A stretch of 64,000 nt of DNA from Vermamoeba vermiformis. Lineage: Eukaryota. This document shows positions 11,370 through 24,612 of the stretch, piece by piece; position 1 is the first letter of the stretch, and every line of letters begins with the position of its first letter. The notes below the pieces were generated by a model that worked only from the letters and a program-made list of their open reading frames with translations, was not told where the DNA came from and ran no database searches. The translations under genes were made by a program, and so were the position numbers. Where the stretch lies: the NCBI GenBank assembly GCA_045837725.1, contig JBEWZL010000044.1, forward strand, positions 186,001-250,000. Reading direction: 5' to 3'.

Positions 11370-14163
11370 TGTGACCGCCAAAAATGTCCACGATCTAAAT
11401 AAAAATTTAAAATTAACTCGTCTCCTTAACGTTTAATAAAAATATGGTTATACAAATGTCTTTATACATAATAAGTAAATGTTCAATCGAGCAAAGTTGT
11501 AAGCTTACCAGCAGATCGTGCCAAGAAATTGAGCCAATCCGATCCGATAAAAAATTCCCACCATGTCCAAATATTTGCTAGAACTACTCAAGGGCATCTA
11601 ATTACACTATATTTGAAACGATTTAATATAATAATGTGACTATGCCGTAAAATAACCAAAACATTTCTTGATCTGCATCAAGTACGTACCATTTTCAGAT
11701 AGCACTCAACGTGCAGCTACAAGTTGAAGTATATCTTATTAATAGGAGTCTTTGAATTGTTTATCGATAGCTCAGAGCTCCGTTGTGTGGTAGTTTGTTC
11801 GTGAAATTAATTAACTTTATTTTTGAATATCAATTTGCAATGACGAACACAGCTGCACGAGCAGTTTCTCGTGCAATATATAATTCAATGCTTGACTAAT
11901 GATCTTCGCGGTGGTAAATCAACAGTACCAGCACAGATCTGTTTCCATTGGTAAGTTTGAGATCGGCTAGTAGAAGCGGTCGTCGGCATTGTCAGTTTAA
12001 CTTCTGAATTTTTAGGCTGCTTTGGCACATTTTTACTAGCTACTGGCTTGGCTTTTGTTGATTTTTTGCAACGCTGTTGATATTTAAAAAATTAATTTGT
12101 CGAAGATCCAGATGGCGCGTACCTTCTTTTCAAAAGGTGAGGGCAGCACTTGCTTAATCTTGCGACCATATTTAATGTCTTCTATGATAGGCCAATGTGG
12201 AGAGTCTTGACGGAGGTTGAACTCCTCGATGCAATCCACATCAACGTACTCGGATTGACCCACATCGGGACCTTCGAGCCAGTAGACCTGATAATAGCCA
12301 CCAGCAATGCCCTCCTCAATGACGGCAGGTATTTTGTATATTTGTTTTCCGACTCGTGATCGTTTACCTTTATCAACTAGAACTGGATCGCCAACACCAT
12401 AAACACGAACCCGATACTTCCGTTGATACTGTCGAATATTTTTCATTGCACTTGCAAGCTGAGCCTCACGAGTAAGTTTGTTGACTTTTGCAAGGAAATC
12501 TGTCTTTTGTTTCTCACTCTTGCCGTCTGTAATTACAAAGTACAATGTCGTTAGTCACCTATTGATTCAGTGTTAATAGTAGTTACCCAATTGGTAAGCA
12601 ATAGTTGGTCTGAAAGCCTCAAATGGGGAGCGTCGAATGGTCGCGTGGTACTTTCGATTGTACTTGCGGGCTGCAACAGGTACTATTGCACTCCACTCTG
12701 CACCAGGCTTGCCATTAGTCATGTTTTTTAACATTTGCTTGAAGGTGCCATTCAACTTCTCAATTTGACCATTGGTTTGTGGATGCTTTGGACGCGAGCG
12801 TCGGTTGTCTGCCTTGATGAGCTTGATGAACTCCTGGACCACACCAGCGATGAACTCACTTCCATTGTCACATTGGATGATCTCTATGTCTCCTTCCTTG
12901 CAGTAGATGTGCTCAAAAAGGAACTTTGCGACGGGTGCTGCGTGCTTGCTCTTGAAGGTTTGGACCCAAGCATACTTCGAGTAACAGTCGATCACTGTAA
13001 GCATGTAGCGGTCTCCTGTGATTGGGTCTGGGTGATCAAAAGAGGTGAAGTCAATTTCGATCCGCTCAAGTGGTCTCGTGGCAATGATGGGCTTCAGTGG
13101 AGGCTTCGGAATGTTTCGTTGATGTTTCAATCGCTGGCACACCTCACAGGTCTTTATGTAAGATTCAATGTCTCCTTTTATGCCAACCCAGTAGTAATCC
13201 TTGTACATATCGTAGACTACAGCATCACGACCTGCCCGCCAAAATTAGCCGTTACCAATTCACGAACGTTTACCAACCCAAGTGCGCGCCACCCTCATTG
13301 TCATCGTGGTATTCACCAATTAAGTCAAATTTGGTACGTCCACCCACTTTCTCTACAAATACTTGTCGATAGCCATCATCTGTTGCCGTTGTTAGATCTG
13401 TACCAAGATGTACTAATTTTTTTCTTACCATCAGGGCCAAGATATGGACGAATCTCTGCCTCAGGAGCTTTAATATACAGAGTCTCTCCTTCAAGGCGGC
13501 AGTGCTTAGCCTTTCTCACAAGGTACTGTCGTCGGTATTTGTTTGCCTGGCCACGCATCTCTTTTGGCCACTTAACAATGGCCTCAGCACACTTGTAAGC
13601 TGTAGTAAGTATCAAAACTAAATAACAATACTCAGTGTAGTCCATTATAGTGTCACTTGTTGTGTTACTCTTTGATCGACACAAAGAATGAAGATTTTTG
13701 GCGCGCACTTTTTACAACGGATCAGTCACGTGACATAGCACTAGCAAATTATTGGCTCGTTTTTGTTAAGTCTAGGTATGTCTAGTTTATTTTACTATAA
13801 TAAGTCCTTTTATTTACAAGGGAACAGTATTTTGACGGAACACTAACTTTTTGTACCAGATCTGAGCTTGCTTTGACAGCTTAGCTTGTTATCATGCTCA
13901 ATATGATAACCATGTTATAAGAACAGTTGCTTTGTGGCATACAATGGCATGAACTCTTGCATTTTGGTATGGTGGGAATTTTTTACGGATGCATGATCCG
14001 AGTGCTGTGCCCCATCAACACTTCATACAATCAAGCAACAATGAGCATCGAACATGTTTTGGGTCATATTAGTAAGCCTGCTTATCGATTGGGATAGATA
14101 ATGAAGAGGCTGTATTTTTAAATAAAATTTTTATTCAGATCGTGGACATTTTTGGCGGTCACA
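11370..14163 (-). mobile_element. Ginger2/TDD-like integrase DNA transposon, 2794 bp, complete ends
   Basis: TGT...ACA termini; 39-bp TIR with 1 mismatch (tgtgaccgccaaaaatgtccacgatct[a/g]aataaaaattt); 6-bp TSD TATACT at 11364-11369 and 14164-14169; integrase gene without RT or gag. Confidence 0.9.
11885..13645 (-). CDS. Spliced integrase-type transposase (H2C2 zinc domain + rve DD35E + C-terminal SH3-like region)
   Basis: Four GT-AG introns join the ORF pieces in frame: YHDDNEGGAHLGRD..YYW..CEVCQ, IEIDFT, IIQCDNGSEF, PQTNGQIE (exactly 35 residues between D and E), then VGDPVLV. The 3' end is uncertain. Confidence 0.85.
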
Positions 14164-14819
14164 TATACTGTCATCAGTAGTATCCACAAATTCTGTTTCT
14201 TGTTCAGTAAACCACGGAGACTGATAATTTTCACAACTGTGGTATCGCTGTACCTCTTCCTTCATCATTTTGAGAAATGCAAAGCACGGATCGACTTGAT
14301 CTACGATGTTGCAAAATTGAGGGCTAACAGCACGAAGCCCAGATCCACTGCCAATATGTTTTAAAATTTCTGATATCACCAGAGCGTTCGGAACTATCTA
14401 TCGAAGTCACTTTTGTTAGTTATTCTAATTTGGGTTATTTAAAAAATATTCTTCAAATAACGCATTCTTAGAAATAATAAATGACCACGATATTGTGTGT
14501 GCAAAATTTCTACCTTAAAATAATCTCGAGCGTCCAGCTTAATGCGCTTGTTGGGAACCAAATCCTCGTTACTAAGTTCACTAGCGTCTCTTTTGCGACT
14601 TTGAGCGAAGGTTTGTTCGTTCATCTCTTTTTGGTATTTATTGCGTTCGACAACAAAAAAAAGAATGGGTTCGAGAGTTTTCTTTTGCTGGTTGACTTTT
14701 GTTGACCGGGTTTTGCCAAATTCGGCTTTTTCTTTCTATTTGAATATAAATTTATTATTATCCTAAAATTTAACACAACCGAATAGGCAGGTGCTTTGCC
14801 GATACGATATTTAATTCCA

Positions 14820-15675
14820 ATGGAACCTAGACATTTCAAAATCACCATTGTGGGATCCGGGAGCGTTGGCAAGACTGCTTTGGCGGTAATAATTCCAATT
14901 AATTATTATAACTTAGCCTGTCAATACATTAATTTGAAAGAATAATGGCTAGGAGAATTAAACCAAAATTATTATTCATTATAAAAATTCAGAGCCGCTT
15001 CACTAAAGATTTATTTCTCGACGGAGTAAGCACAATAAATTAGCATATTTATTTTTTATTAATTAATCATAAATTTATCTTCGTACAGGAATTTAAAACA
15101 GAAATAATGCAGATGCCGTTGTCGAAAAAAATAGAAGTGGACGGCATCCCTGTAGTACTAGAAATCCATCATTATATTCCTCCTGTAAGTTAATTAGTAA
15201 TTTAATGGACGTCGTCGATTATTTCCTTCATCGTGGATTCGCTACTTAACCAATACCTTAATAGGAGGATTGGAGTACTAGGGAGTTATTGCTAAGAAAA
15301 AGTGATGGCTTTTTAGTCGTTTATTCATTAATAGCAATGTCAACCTTCAACGACGTACCAGATTTGTTCGAATCCGTTCTTCGCTGCCAAGATCGCGACG
15401 ATGTGCCGTTGATTATTGTAGGAAATAAGTTAGACCTATGCAATGACGAAGATAGCGAGCATAATATTCGGGTGGTTACTACTGACCAGGGACAACAGAT
15501 GGCCAGGGGCACTGGCAGATTGAGATTCGGATTTTTCGAAGTTTCAGCGAAGACTAATTTCAATGTTAATGACTTATTTATTGAATTGGTGCATAGAATT
15601 ATTGAAGACAAGAAGGCTCATAATAATTCATCGGGCATTAAAAAGAAGAAAAAATCTGAGTGTAATACCCATTGA
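14820..15675 (+). CDS. Ras/Rap-like small GTPase with atypical switch regions, 4 exons
   Basis: G1 GSGSVGKT, G4 VGNKLD, G5 EVSAK, polybasic tail KKKKKSECNTH; G3 DxxG replaced by HYIPPED. Confidence 0.85.
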
Positions 15676-15996
15676 ACTTTACCGCAAATCGATTGGAGTC
15701 GACTGTAAATAAATTGTACATAGAAAAGCAATTCAAATTAGTGCAACTTTTTATTGATAATATTAATAGAATAATAATAGAAGAGTACGGAAACCTTCAA
15801 AACACCTAAAGGTCTGTTTTCGACTTGGATCCGCTGATGTTCCTCAAGCCCAATCCATCTAAACCAATGCATCCTGCTGCCTCGAACAGAATTGCAAGAT
15901 ACTCTAGATTTGTCAAGGGTGATAGATCGATTTGTTGTAACAGTGTCGGTCCCGAAAACCAATTTTTTCATGCGGTTATGCAAACTTTTTGAAAAT

Positions 15997-17600
15997 TCAT
16001 ATGCTGACTAACGGAGGTAAATCAATACATTCCACTCGCTGACCAAATTTCGACGTCCATGCAATCATTTTTGTCATATTATGCTTCTGACCCTTGATGC
16101 TGTATGGCAAATTTGAATCAAATGCCATTCGAGATGCAATTTCTCTCAGAAGTTGCTTTGAAAACCGGTCCCAATAATTCCATATAAATGGTGCGAGATC
16201 AAATATGGCATAGCGTTCGTTCACAGATTCCGGCAATAGCTTAATAGTCGTATTCTGGATCACGTGTTCCGCGATATCCCACCACTCGGGCCTGTCAAGT
16301 CCGTAGCTGCAAATGACTTCAATGAGCTCCTTTGGCAGCGCTTTGAAGAGATTATCTTCGTTGCCAAATCTCCACGCTAATCTGACCAACATGCCATGTT
16401 GCATTCCTGACCCGTAAGTTTGTTGCGTCAAACCGTGCTTCATAAGGGTTTGAATAACATCTTCACACACCGCATCCAAATTTTTAATTTCAGTTGCGCC
16501 AAATAATATCTTGAAAGCTGCCAAATTTGGTTGGTATTTCGGCAGAATGTTCATCAACGTTATAGGCTTCATTTTCGCGCCTTTTTCAATGAGCCAGAGA
16601 ATCAGATCGATTTCACATTTTCCCCAACTCCACAAGATAATTTCATCGTGTAAGGGTACTCCTTGATTGACCAAATATTGAACAACGAACTTTTCTAGCT
16701 TCGAAGGACAAACCTTAACGTATTCTAGCAAAATGTTGGGCGAGCTGAAAATAGGGTCGGATAATGTTATTCCTATATTTAGTAATTAATATTGTCGCTA
16801 GATATTTCATTGAAGCATCACTTACGGTTCTCGATGATAAATTTGATAATATCGTCTATTGGCTTAGAGACTACAGTACGATAAGTATGATAGACCATCA
16901 TATTCTTTCTTTCGCCCCCATTATATAACGCGCTAAAAAACTTCGGGTAGCTGTGGTCCGCTCGGGTCAAAATGTCCCGAAATTTCATTGTTAACCTGTA
17001 GTCGCTGAGCATAACATTACTAAATTTTGGCCTTGTGTAGCTGACGTAAATTTCTGACCCAATTGCTCTTGTAATTATTGCAGGGTACCCTCCAGCATCT
17101 AACAAAAGTTAATTTCGCGGTTAATAATAGATAATAAGCAAGTTTGGACTTACTTGACAAGATTTCTTCGGCTTCACTTTCGGAGATTGCTCCGAAGAAC
17201 CACGGTTGATCTGACGGGTCTAAATCAACGTTTTCTTCAGTGAACGCCACGTGCTGCTGTGCGAAAGTTCCGAATACTTGCGAAAAGATGCTGGTCCGCA
17301 GGAACAACTCGTACAAATTGTTCGTCGAAAACCCTTCATAAGTATAGGTGCCCTTATTCTCTTGTACTTCGATCGTTTTGGATTTCACTCTGCAATCAAG
17401 GTATTTAATCCATGCCCTGCCACTGTCAACAGTGATCGTAAACCTGCGCTGGAAACTTTTTTTTAGACGGTAGGTTTCCATGCTGAAGTTACGAAAGATT
17501 GTGCCTGATATTTCCTAATTTAGTAAACGATTCGATTTTTCTTCGAAGAAAGCGAAATCTACGTACCCTGCGGTATGACGACAACTTCTCTAGGCGGATC
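15997..17600 (-). CDS. SH2-like domain protein with degenerate ankyrin-like repeats and an internal F-box-like motif; 5' end uncertain
   Basis: After splicing: QPWFFGAISESEAEEILSNAGGYPAIITR..IYVSY; later VVQYLVNQGV and LILWLIEKGA; then FKALPKELIEVICSY. Confidence 0.5.
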
Positions 17601-17826
17601 TAAACTTGACGTTAATAATACTTCTTCAATCGCAGACATGATATCGACTTACTTAATAGAGGCAATAACAAGCTGGTGCCGAGTGCAGATGAACGGTACT
17701 TTTGCGCGTGACGAGATTCGATAAACAACTTGCGAAAATAATCACCGCGAGAATTCAATTTGTTGCCTGATTTAATGTGGTCCATAATCCTCTGTTAAAT
17801 TTGATATTAAAACATTGGAGACTGCT

Positions 17827-18505
17827 TCAATGAAACTTCGGACTTACGGAAATGTGCTGTGGATCTGACGCACTAAAACAAAGCGAGGTCATCATCGGAA
17901 CTAAATATAGAAGCATTTCGCTTCCGTCTTTTCGCTCATTTGCAATATCCACAGCTTTAATTATATTCGCACTAGTGAATTGAAGTGATTTTGATGGAAG
18001 AACGTTGAGATCCGTGTATTGCTTCAAAAATTCTACCGTTGAAAATCGAACAACGTATAATAGTTGTTCTTTTCTTAATCTCGATAGCCAATGTGATTTT
18101 ATTCTGCTATGCAAGAATGTAACAACTGGTACTGGTAAGTACGAAATTATCAGAAAAGATCCGTTAAGACTTACAAGCAACATACGACGCAATATTTGAA
18201 GCTCTAATATAATTAAGTAACATATTAATTATATAAGGCTCGACCAATGAACCTACAGAACGTAAAAAAAGCTCGTTAGTAACCGAATCCGAAAAATTGT
18301 AAATTTTTTTTTATTGTATCTTACGTGATTCGTGGACGCTTTGCAATATACCAAGAATTTTGGCGTCTGTTAGAGCGCCAAATAAATTTTTGGAGACGCA
18401 TCTGAAATTAGCCAAGGTGCGAAAACTGCCGTGCGCATCGCTGGACACTAGCCAACAGCATATATTTTCTAACACTCGCTCTGGTAAATTATAAATTAAG
18501 TCCAT
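17827..18505 (-). CDS. Small F-box protein, spliced
   Basis: MDLIYNLPERVLENICCWL...LANFRCVSKNL; a GT-AG intron links in frame to the 17827-18192 ORF. Confidence 0.6.
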
Positions 18506-18554
18506 GTGGTAGCTTGGACACAGACGAATCAAAATAACTAATTTTTTTATTTCC

Positions 18555-21456
18555 TTAACTTAGGTAATCTCGGATAAGAACGTTCTGTCCGGAGCTGGAA
18601 TTAAGTACCATATATCGCGCGTTAGCTTGAATCGCTGGTTCTTTAGTAAGCTCCATCCACTCGATTTTTTGCGAAGGCAAGTGCCACGATCCCAAAATTG
18701 AGGTTCGCGGTTGAGAGAAAACTAGTCTTTCTTTTGAATAAATATCGTTCTGTAAAAAAGTTATTAAATTTAATGTAACAAGATTGTACGCTACTTACAA
18801 GGTTTGTTTGGGGCCAATTCTGAATCATATAAATTGGATCGCTGGTGGATTTTCGAAGATCTACAAATCCAGCACTGAATAATCTCTCATAGCGAGTAAC
18901 GGAAGGCGTTGAGCCAGTAAAAAATATCGTATGTTCGGTGGCAATTTTGATACAGTGCATGAGCATTGAATCTCCAAGAACCTTGACGGGGGCCTCTTTG
19001 CTGCGTGGATCTATCAAAATTACTTTCTGGCGGATGTTTGTACCGATAAAACAACCATTGAAGGGGTTATATTCCAACTGAGGGGTGGTATCGTGAAAAA
19101 TGCGCTCGATGTCACCTGTTTCTACATTGTACAAACGATTCTTTTGTTGAATATTCTCGTTGACTAGAATTCTGTGGTCGATTGGCTTTACGGTAGAAAA
19201 GAAATTGAATCCCATATTTGGATCAACTGTCATATTAATGACTTGCTCTCCTCGAATAATTTTCCAGTTTCTTTGGTCTAAAATTGTTGGCATTGACTCT
19301 CGGTTGTAATTGTTCAGCAACAGGTGTCTTCCTGGATGAGACAATACTGACGTTTGTATTAATTCTTGGGTATGACAGTTCCAATAAGAAAGCTTTTGGT
19401 CGGTGCTTGACAGGACCAACCAATTTTCGTCCATCGCGAGAGTGCCATATCTCGGCAACGTTATCGTGGAGTATTTGTTTTTACACCATGTTGAGCGTAA
19501 CCTTAAAAAAATATCAGTATCTTCGTACATACTCGAATATGATATCTTATACTTACTTAAAATGATCGCGAACGTGTGCTTTGTAACTTGTTTGAAGCTC
19601 TTTGACCGGGAACAAATGAGATTTGTAATATTCTCTAAAACAGGTCTCCGTAGAAACGTCCAAAAACGATGCTACTAATACTTTCAACTTCTTATTGCAC
19701 CATGATAAAGTAACTACGTCTCGTGGCTGCAAATTTTCAATAACGTGAAAGAGAAGTTCATTTGGAAAGGCTAGCAACGGCAATTTAAAATCGGGCCTGA
19801 CTTCTGCTACCGCTGTGGCAGTGTCTTTTTTCGGTTGTTTTTTTTTGAAGTGAAATCTGTGCTGGAACGCAAAGCTTAAGTCTTGCAGTCCTGTCATATT
19901 GTACAGTAATCTTTGCAGTGGCTCAAAGTCGTATCCGCACTCAATCAGATAAACGTAAATCAGCGTTAACTCTTTGGTATTTTGTGCCATTGCCTCCCTA
20001 TGATGGGTGAAGAGGTCACGCAGCTGCTCGGTTTTGCCACTTTCAATCAAACGCTTCAACGCTAAAGAAAACTCCATCGGGTACCTTTCACACGGTCTTT
20101 TTAAGTACTCGACTGCTAGTATCTTGCCCGCTGCATTTCTGTGACAAAAAATATTCGGTTATTGCTATTTTTGGATCCAAACTTACGCTTGCAAAGCCAC
20201 TTCGATTAGTTTGTCGGTTCCATATTTTGCTATCTTAGACCAAATCCGAGAAAATATCTGTTGGTTGCCCTTTTGCAGTGCGTAAAGCAATATGTTGTTT
20301 CCATTTTCATCTTGTTCTACAAAATTTTCATGATTATTAAAACTAGCAAGTTCAGCAACACGGTGGCGGAATTCCAACGAGTAAAAATTCAGCACTAAAG
20401 ATTCAAATCGAAAAAATCCTTGCAGTAATTTGATTTCTGTCCGCAGCATGAACGTGAAAATTTTCCAGCAGGGCCACGATTTCCTGCAATTCCGCCACCG
20501 GTAAGAGAAATTTCCGTACCTAAGAACCACTCAGGATAACATTCGAGATATTTTATCCAATGAATAGACGAAGAATAGTCCCGTAGGTGCTTGAGCGTTT
20601 CTTGAACGGACAAAGGGAACCTCTTGCAAGCCTTGCTTTTGACCAAATATTCGAAGCGTTGCATTTCCTTGGGATCGAATCCCGGATGCCGCTTGGCAGT
20701 CAATATCATCTTGCCCAAATTCTTTCCTATTCTCGTAAAAATTAATACAAGCTTATATCTACATTAGCGCTTACCGTCTTGACTGTGAGCACCAAGTTCA
20801 ATGGCGACTTTGAGGTATTTCAACTTGGCACTAACAATTGACTCCAAACTGAGATCGCCATTCATCGCAAATGGCCTTGCGTACTTTAATTTCTCTTTCA
20901 TTTGATTAATTGAAAGTGTGTTGTCGATAAACTCTGACAAAAAGAAATGTCAGTCCGTAGAATTCATTGAAAAGATCTGGATCTTGTTTACCAAATAAGT
21001 TGCGCCACGAAAACTCCTCGTAACTCCATGACCACTGATCTACTTCAAAAATTGATCGTATTAGCAGCTCGGTAGCAATAACTCTGCAACCTAAACGAAG
21101 CGCCTGCGAGAGATCTGCTTGTCAGATCGAGCATTATAACGAACTACGAAGAACTTACCAAGGATATCAAGTTTTCGCCGTCAATAACTCGATCTAATTC
21201 TTGTCTAACTCGAAAAGTGCTTAATTGAGCGAGTGCAGTTTTAACTGCAGCAAGATCTGAAATCCTAACGGCTTCTGTCAGGTCCTAAAATTCAAATCTT
21301 TAACGATTGGAATTTTTGTATATATTACAGAATTAAAATAATGAGCTGGCAATTATAGGCACGGATTCAGCGGAAAAATAAAGAAAATTAGGTGTCAGTC
21401 TGGCTTACCGTTAATAAATTACTCTCCTCGTTATTCATCGTAACCTTTTCTTGCAT
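18555..21456 (-). CDS. Ankyrin-like + F-box + beta-propeller-like protein (family copy 1), multi-exon
   Basis: DENGNNILLYA; F-box LLAFPNELLFHVIENLQPRDVVTLSWCNKKL; family motifs MDENWL..YWNCHT, YNPFN, GFVDLR; last exon SWHLPSQKIEW..ANARYM..IRDYLS*. Confidence 0.75.
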
Positions 21457-21592
21457 CCATAATTAAAATAGTCTATTGTGTCAAACAAAGTTCAAAAGAA
21501 GAGAAAGATTCCCAAGATTTTCTTTATTTTTACGGCTTTCGCCTTGCGTCACCAATAGATAATATACATGCAATGACTTAATCTAGAACAAC

Positions 21593-24428
21593 ATGGAACC
21601 ATTAGATATTGCAGCGAAGTTACACGAGGTGATCCAAACGAAAAGTTATGAGCAAGTCCGTCTTACCACTGATGCGTTTAGCTCGGAGGAATTAAAACGT
21701 GCACTACGCATAAAATATAAAGAAGAAAAACCTTCAACAGGTAATTGTTCGCATCCGTTTAATTAAAAAATAATTAATTGAATAATTATCGCTATTTAAT
21801 TTGGCTTTCTTTCATTATTGCAATCTTATTTAATATTGATATAGGTATTTAGATTAGGTCTATTTGAGATATCCATATTGGTGCTTCAACGAGCCCTGCC
21901 GTCAAATTCAAAACGTGCTACTTTGGCGACAATAGACATATTCGACGTCAAAAATCGATCAAAATACTGGCGAATATTATTTGGTAATTTATACAATTAT
22001 TTATCTCAATATCAAGCCTCGTAATTCAAAATTTTTTAGATCTGCTGGATGCGTTTTTGACACGAGGCTCTCAACATGTCAAAGCAAAAGAACTTGCTAG
22101 AGAGCTGGAACCAATGAAACCCTATCTGGATACTATGCCAATCGATCTTTGTCAGCTGATCGACAAGCCTAAGTACATAGTTGCAGCGCTGCTTTTAGGA
22201 GCGGATCCGGGACGAAAATCTGAGGGTACGTAATCAACCTTATCATTTTTCTTCGGTTCTAACCTTACATAAGACTCGTGGCTAAGCAAAATAATGACAT
22301 CGCATACGCTTCAAAGTTTTCATAAGCAACAATTGTTAGAAAGATTGGTCGATCTGGAACTGCTAACAAAAAATATTTTGCCGGTCAAGATTTGGTCAAA
22401 ACTGTCCGTGGAAGGGACGATTAATTGCCTCGATAGTCTTATAGCTCCAGACCTTAATGGTAAGCGATGCTTAGTTGAACTTGGAAATGAAGCTGATCAA
22501 ATTTCAGATGTGGACAACGAGACTGGAAACAACGCTCTACATTACGCCTTCAAAATTAACTTTCCGGAAGGCGCTAAAAAAATCCATGCGACTTTCAATA
22601 GACTTTCAAAAGACAAGAAAATTTTCGTTGATCTGCTTTTACAACCGTAAGTACGGTCCTTTTTTTGAATGACTTAATGACTAATAGTGTACTTAGTAAC
22701 CTAAGTGGCTTAATTCCATTAACTATAGCCCTCAAATCTCCACATCATCTTTGGTTGCATCTTCCCCAAGGTAAGATTAAAATTTCGATCGTTGGATCTG
22801 AACTGCATTCTAACTAACCCTCGCAAAAAGAGGTTTCAATGGCGTTTAGGGAAATTTCTCTTAAAAAAGACGTGGAAAATCTACGTAGAGTATTTTCCAC
22901 GTTTTCATTCTCAAGAAGAACTTACGTTCCATCGCTTTCACTGAACAAAACTTTATTGCTACTGATGCACGAGTGCGGATTACGACACGAATTCTTGGAA
23001 AGTCACGGAATTTTAAATGCGGATCTGATGTTCGAAGTCGAACGGCTGCACATATCTTACAATAATCGCGACACGAAGAACGAACCGGTGAATAATGGTT
23101 CGAAATTCAACTTTGAAGACTTGCCTTCAGAAATAGCCTTTCATATTGCATCGTTTATGAATCCGTTCGATGTATTCTCGTTATTTACCGTCACGAAAAG
23201 TACCGCAAAACTGCTCCGAGCGACTAACCGAGAGAAATTTTGGCGGTCAGTAAACGAGACGTATTTTGCTCCAAATCAAAATCAATGGCTCGGATCGTCA
23301 CATAAGACGCAGTCAATTCAAGCATTAAAGTAAGTACTAAACAAAATTCCTATGGAAATTTAATCGTTCTTGGATCCAACAGATCTTCGAGGAATTGGCA
23401 AAATCAGAAATATAAAGTACTCGATACAACAATGCGCAATATGACTCCCTTGCTTATGGATGAAAATTGCTTAGTTTTGTGGCACAACCAATGGTCTGTA
23501 GTATTTTGGGACTGTCATTCGCAAGAAATTTTCGCAGAAGCACCGAAGTGTCCTAACCCGACTAGTCGCTTTAAACCTACAAATATACTGAAGCAGACGC
23601 ATTCCAAGGAAATTCCGACATTACTTGGCGACATTATGGGAGACGCCTTTACAGCTGTTTTAAGGGATGGGCAGTACTATAATCCCAGAAATTTGTTTTC
23701 TACCAGAAATAGCACCGTCATTGATGAAAATACCATATTGCTGAATACCGGTACGGCACTGCAATAATCCAGTTTCTAGAAAATTGTTCGGATCTGACAC
23801 TTTTTTTCTTTCGCCAGGCGAAGTGTACGATCTAACAGCTGAGGAGAGCAGTGAAACTCTTAAAAAATGCATCAACCATCGTACATCTAGATTTAGCTAC
23901 AATCCGTTCAATCGTACAGTTATAGCAAGCAATGACGAACGTAACGGCAGCAAAATGCTGATCTTTGATTTGAACGGCAAAAAAGTTGCTGAATATCAAA
24001 GAGACATAAGACATCACATTTTCTATCCTATTGATGAATATACGATGCTATATAATGCATATGGAGGCTCAGACAAATCGAAGGCGCATTCGCTCGGTCA
24101 CATAGATCTGCGAACCGGCAAAGATATTGTTAGAATAGACGGTCTGCTCTATTGCACGGTAATATTATAATATGTGCAATCTCTTCCTATTGTTTAAATT
24201 GTTAACAATTTCCCTCAGTTATACAGCCAACCACGAATAGTCACATCCGAAAGACTGCTCTTCTACAACGCTTCAACTAGACTTCAAACTTCTTGGAATT
24301 TGCGTCTAGGGCGCTGGGAGTACGTTGAAGAAACTGGTACGTACCTTTGTGCCAATACACGATACAGCGTTCATCATACAAGCAACGTGTCTGGCCAATT
24401 AGAGATCCGCGATTATTGCTCGATTTGA
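21593..24428 (+). CDS. Ankyrin-like + F-box + beta-propeller-like protein (family copy 2), head-to-head with copy 1
   Basis: ETGNNALHYA; FEDLPSEIAFHIASFMNPFDVFSL; NWQNQKY..LMDENCL..FWDCH; YNPFN; GHIDLRTG; ends IRDYCSI*. Confidence 0.75.
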
Positions 24429-24612
24429 GGTTCTAGCTCTTGTAATAAAGTTGCTTAGTATCATTTCAAGGTTCGCAGTGCTTTATTTACAAGTCTTTAA
24501 TGTACAATTTTTAAAAATTCGAGATCAAGCTTGCTGTCGACTTAACGACGTTGCAAAACGCTTGATAAATATCACAAGGCAAGATCTACCTTAATAACCG
24601 AGTTGTGATCTA

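Larger units (their letters stand above)
10371..14624 (-). pseudogene. Divergent F-box-like gene split by the 11370-14163 transposon
   Basis: Exon 1 14624-14514, exon 2 from 14397 (DYFK|IVPNALVISEILKHIG..LRAVSPQF). Removing the element plus one TATACT restores ...EFVDTTDDSI-DVIDMTKDHRLSF in frame. The join to the 10371-10832 ORF is unresolved. Confidence 0.7.

Noticed and set aside
12735-13598. 287-aa plus-strand ORF
   Set aside because: Antisense shadow of the integrase gene with no recognisable motifs.
11370-14163. LTR retrotransposon or Polinton fragment
   Set aside because: Ends are inverted rather than direct repeats, the gene has introns, and no RT, gag, polB or capsid fits in 2.8 kb.
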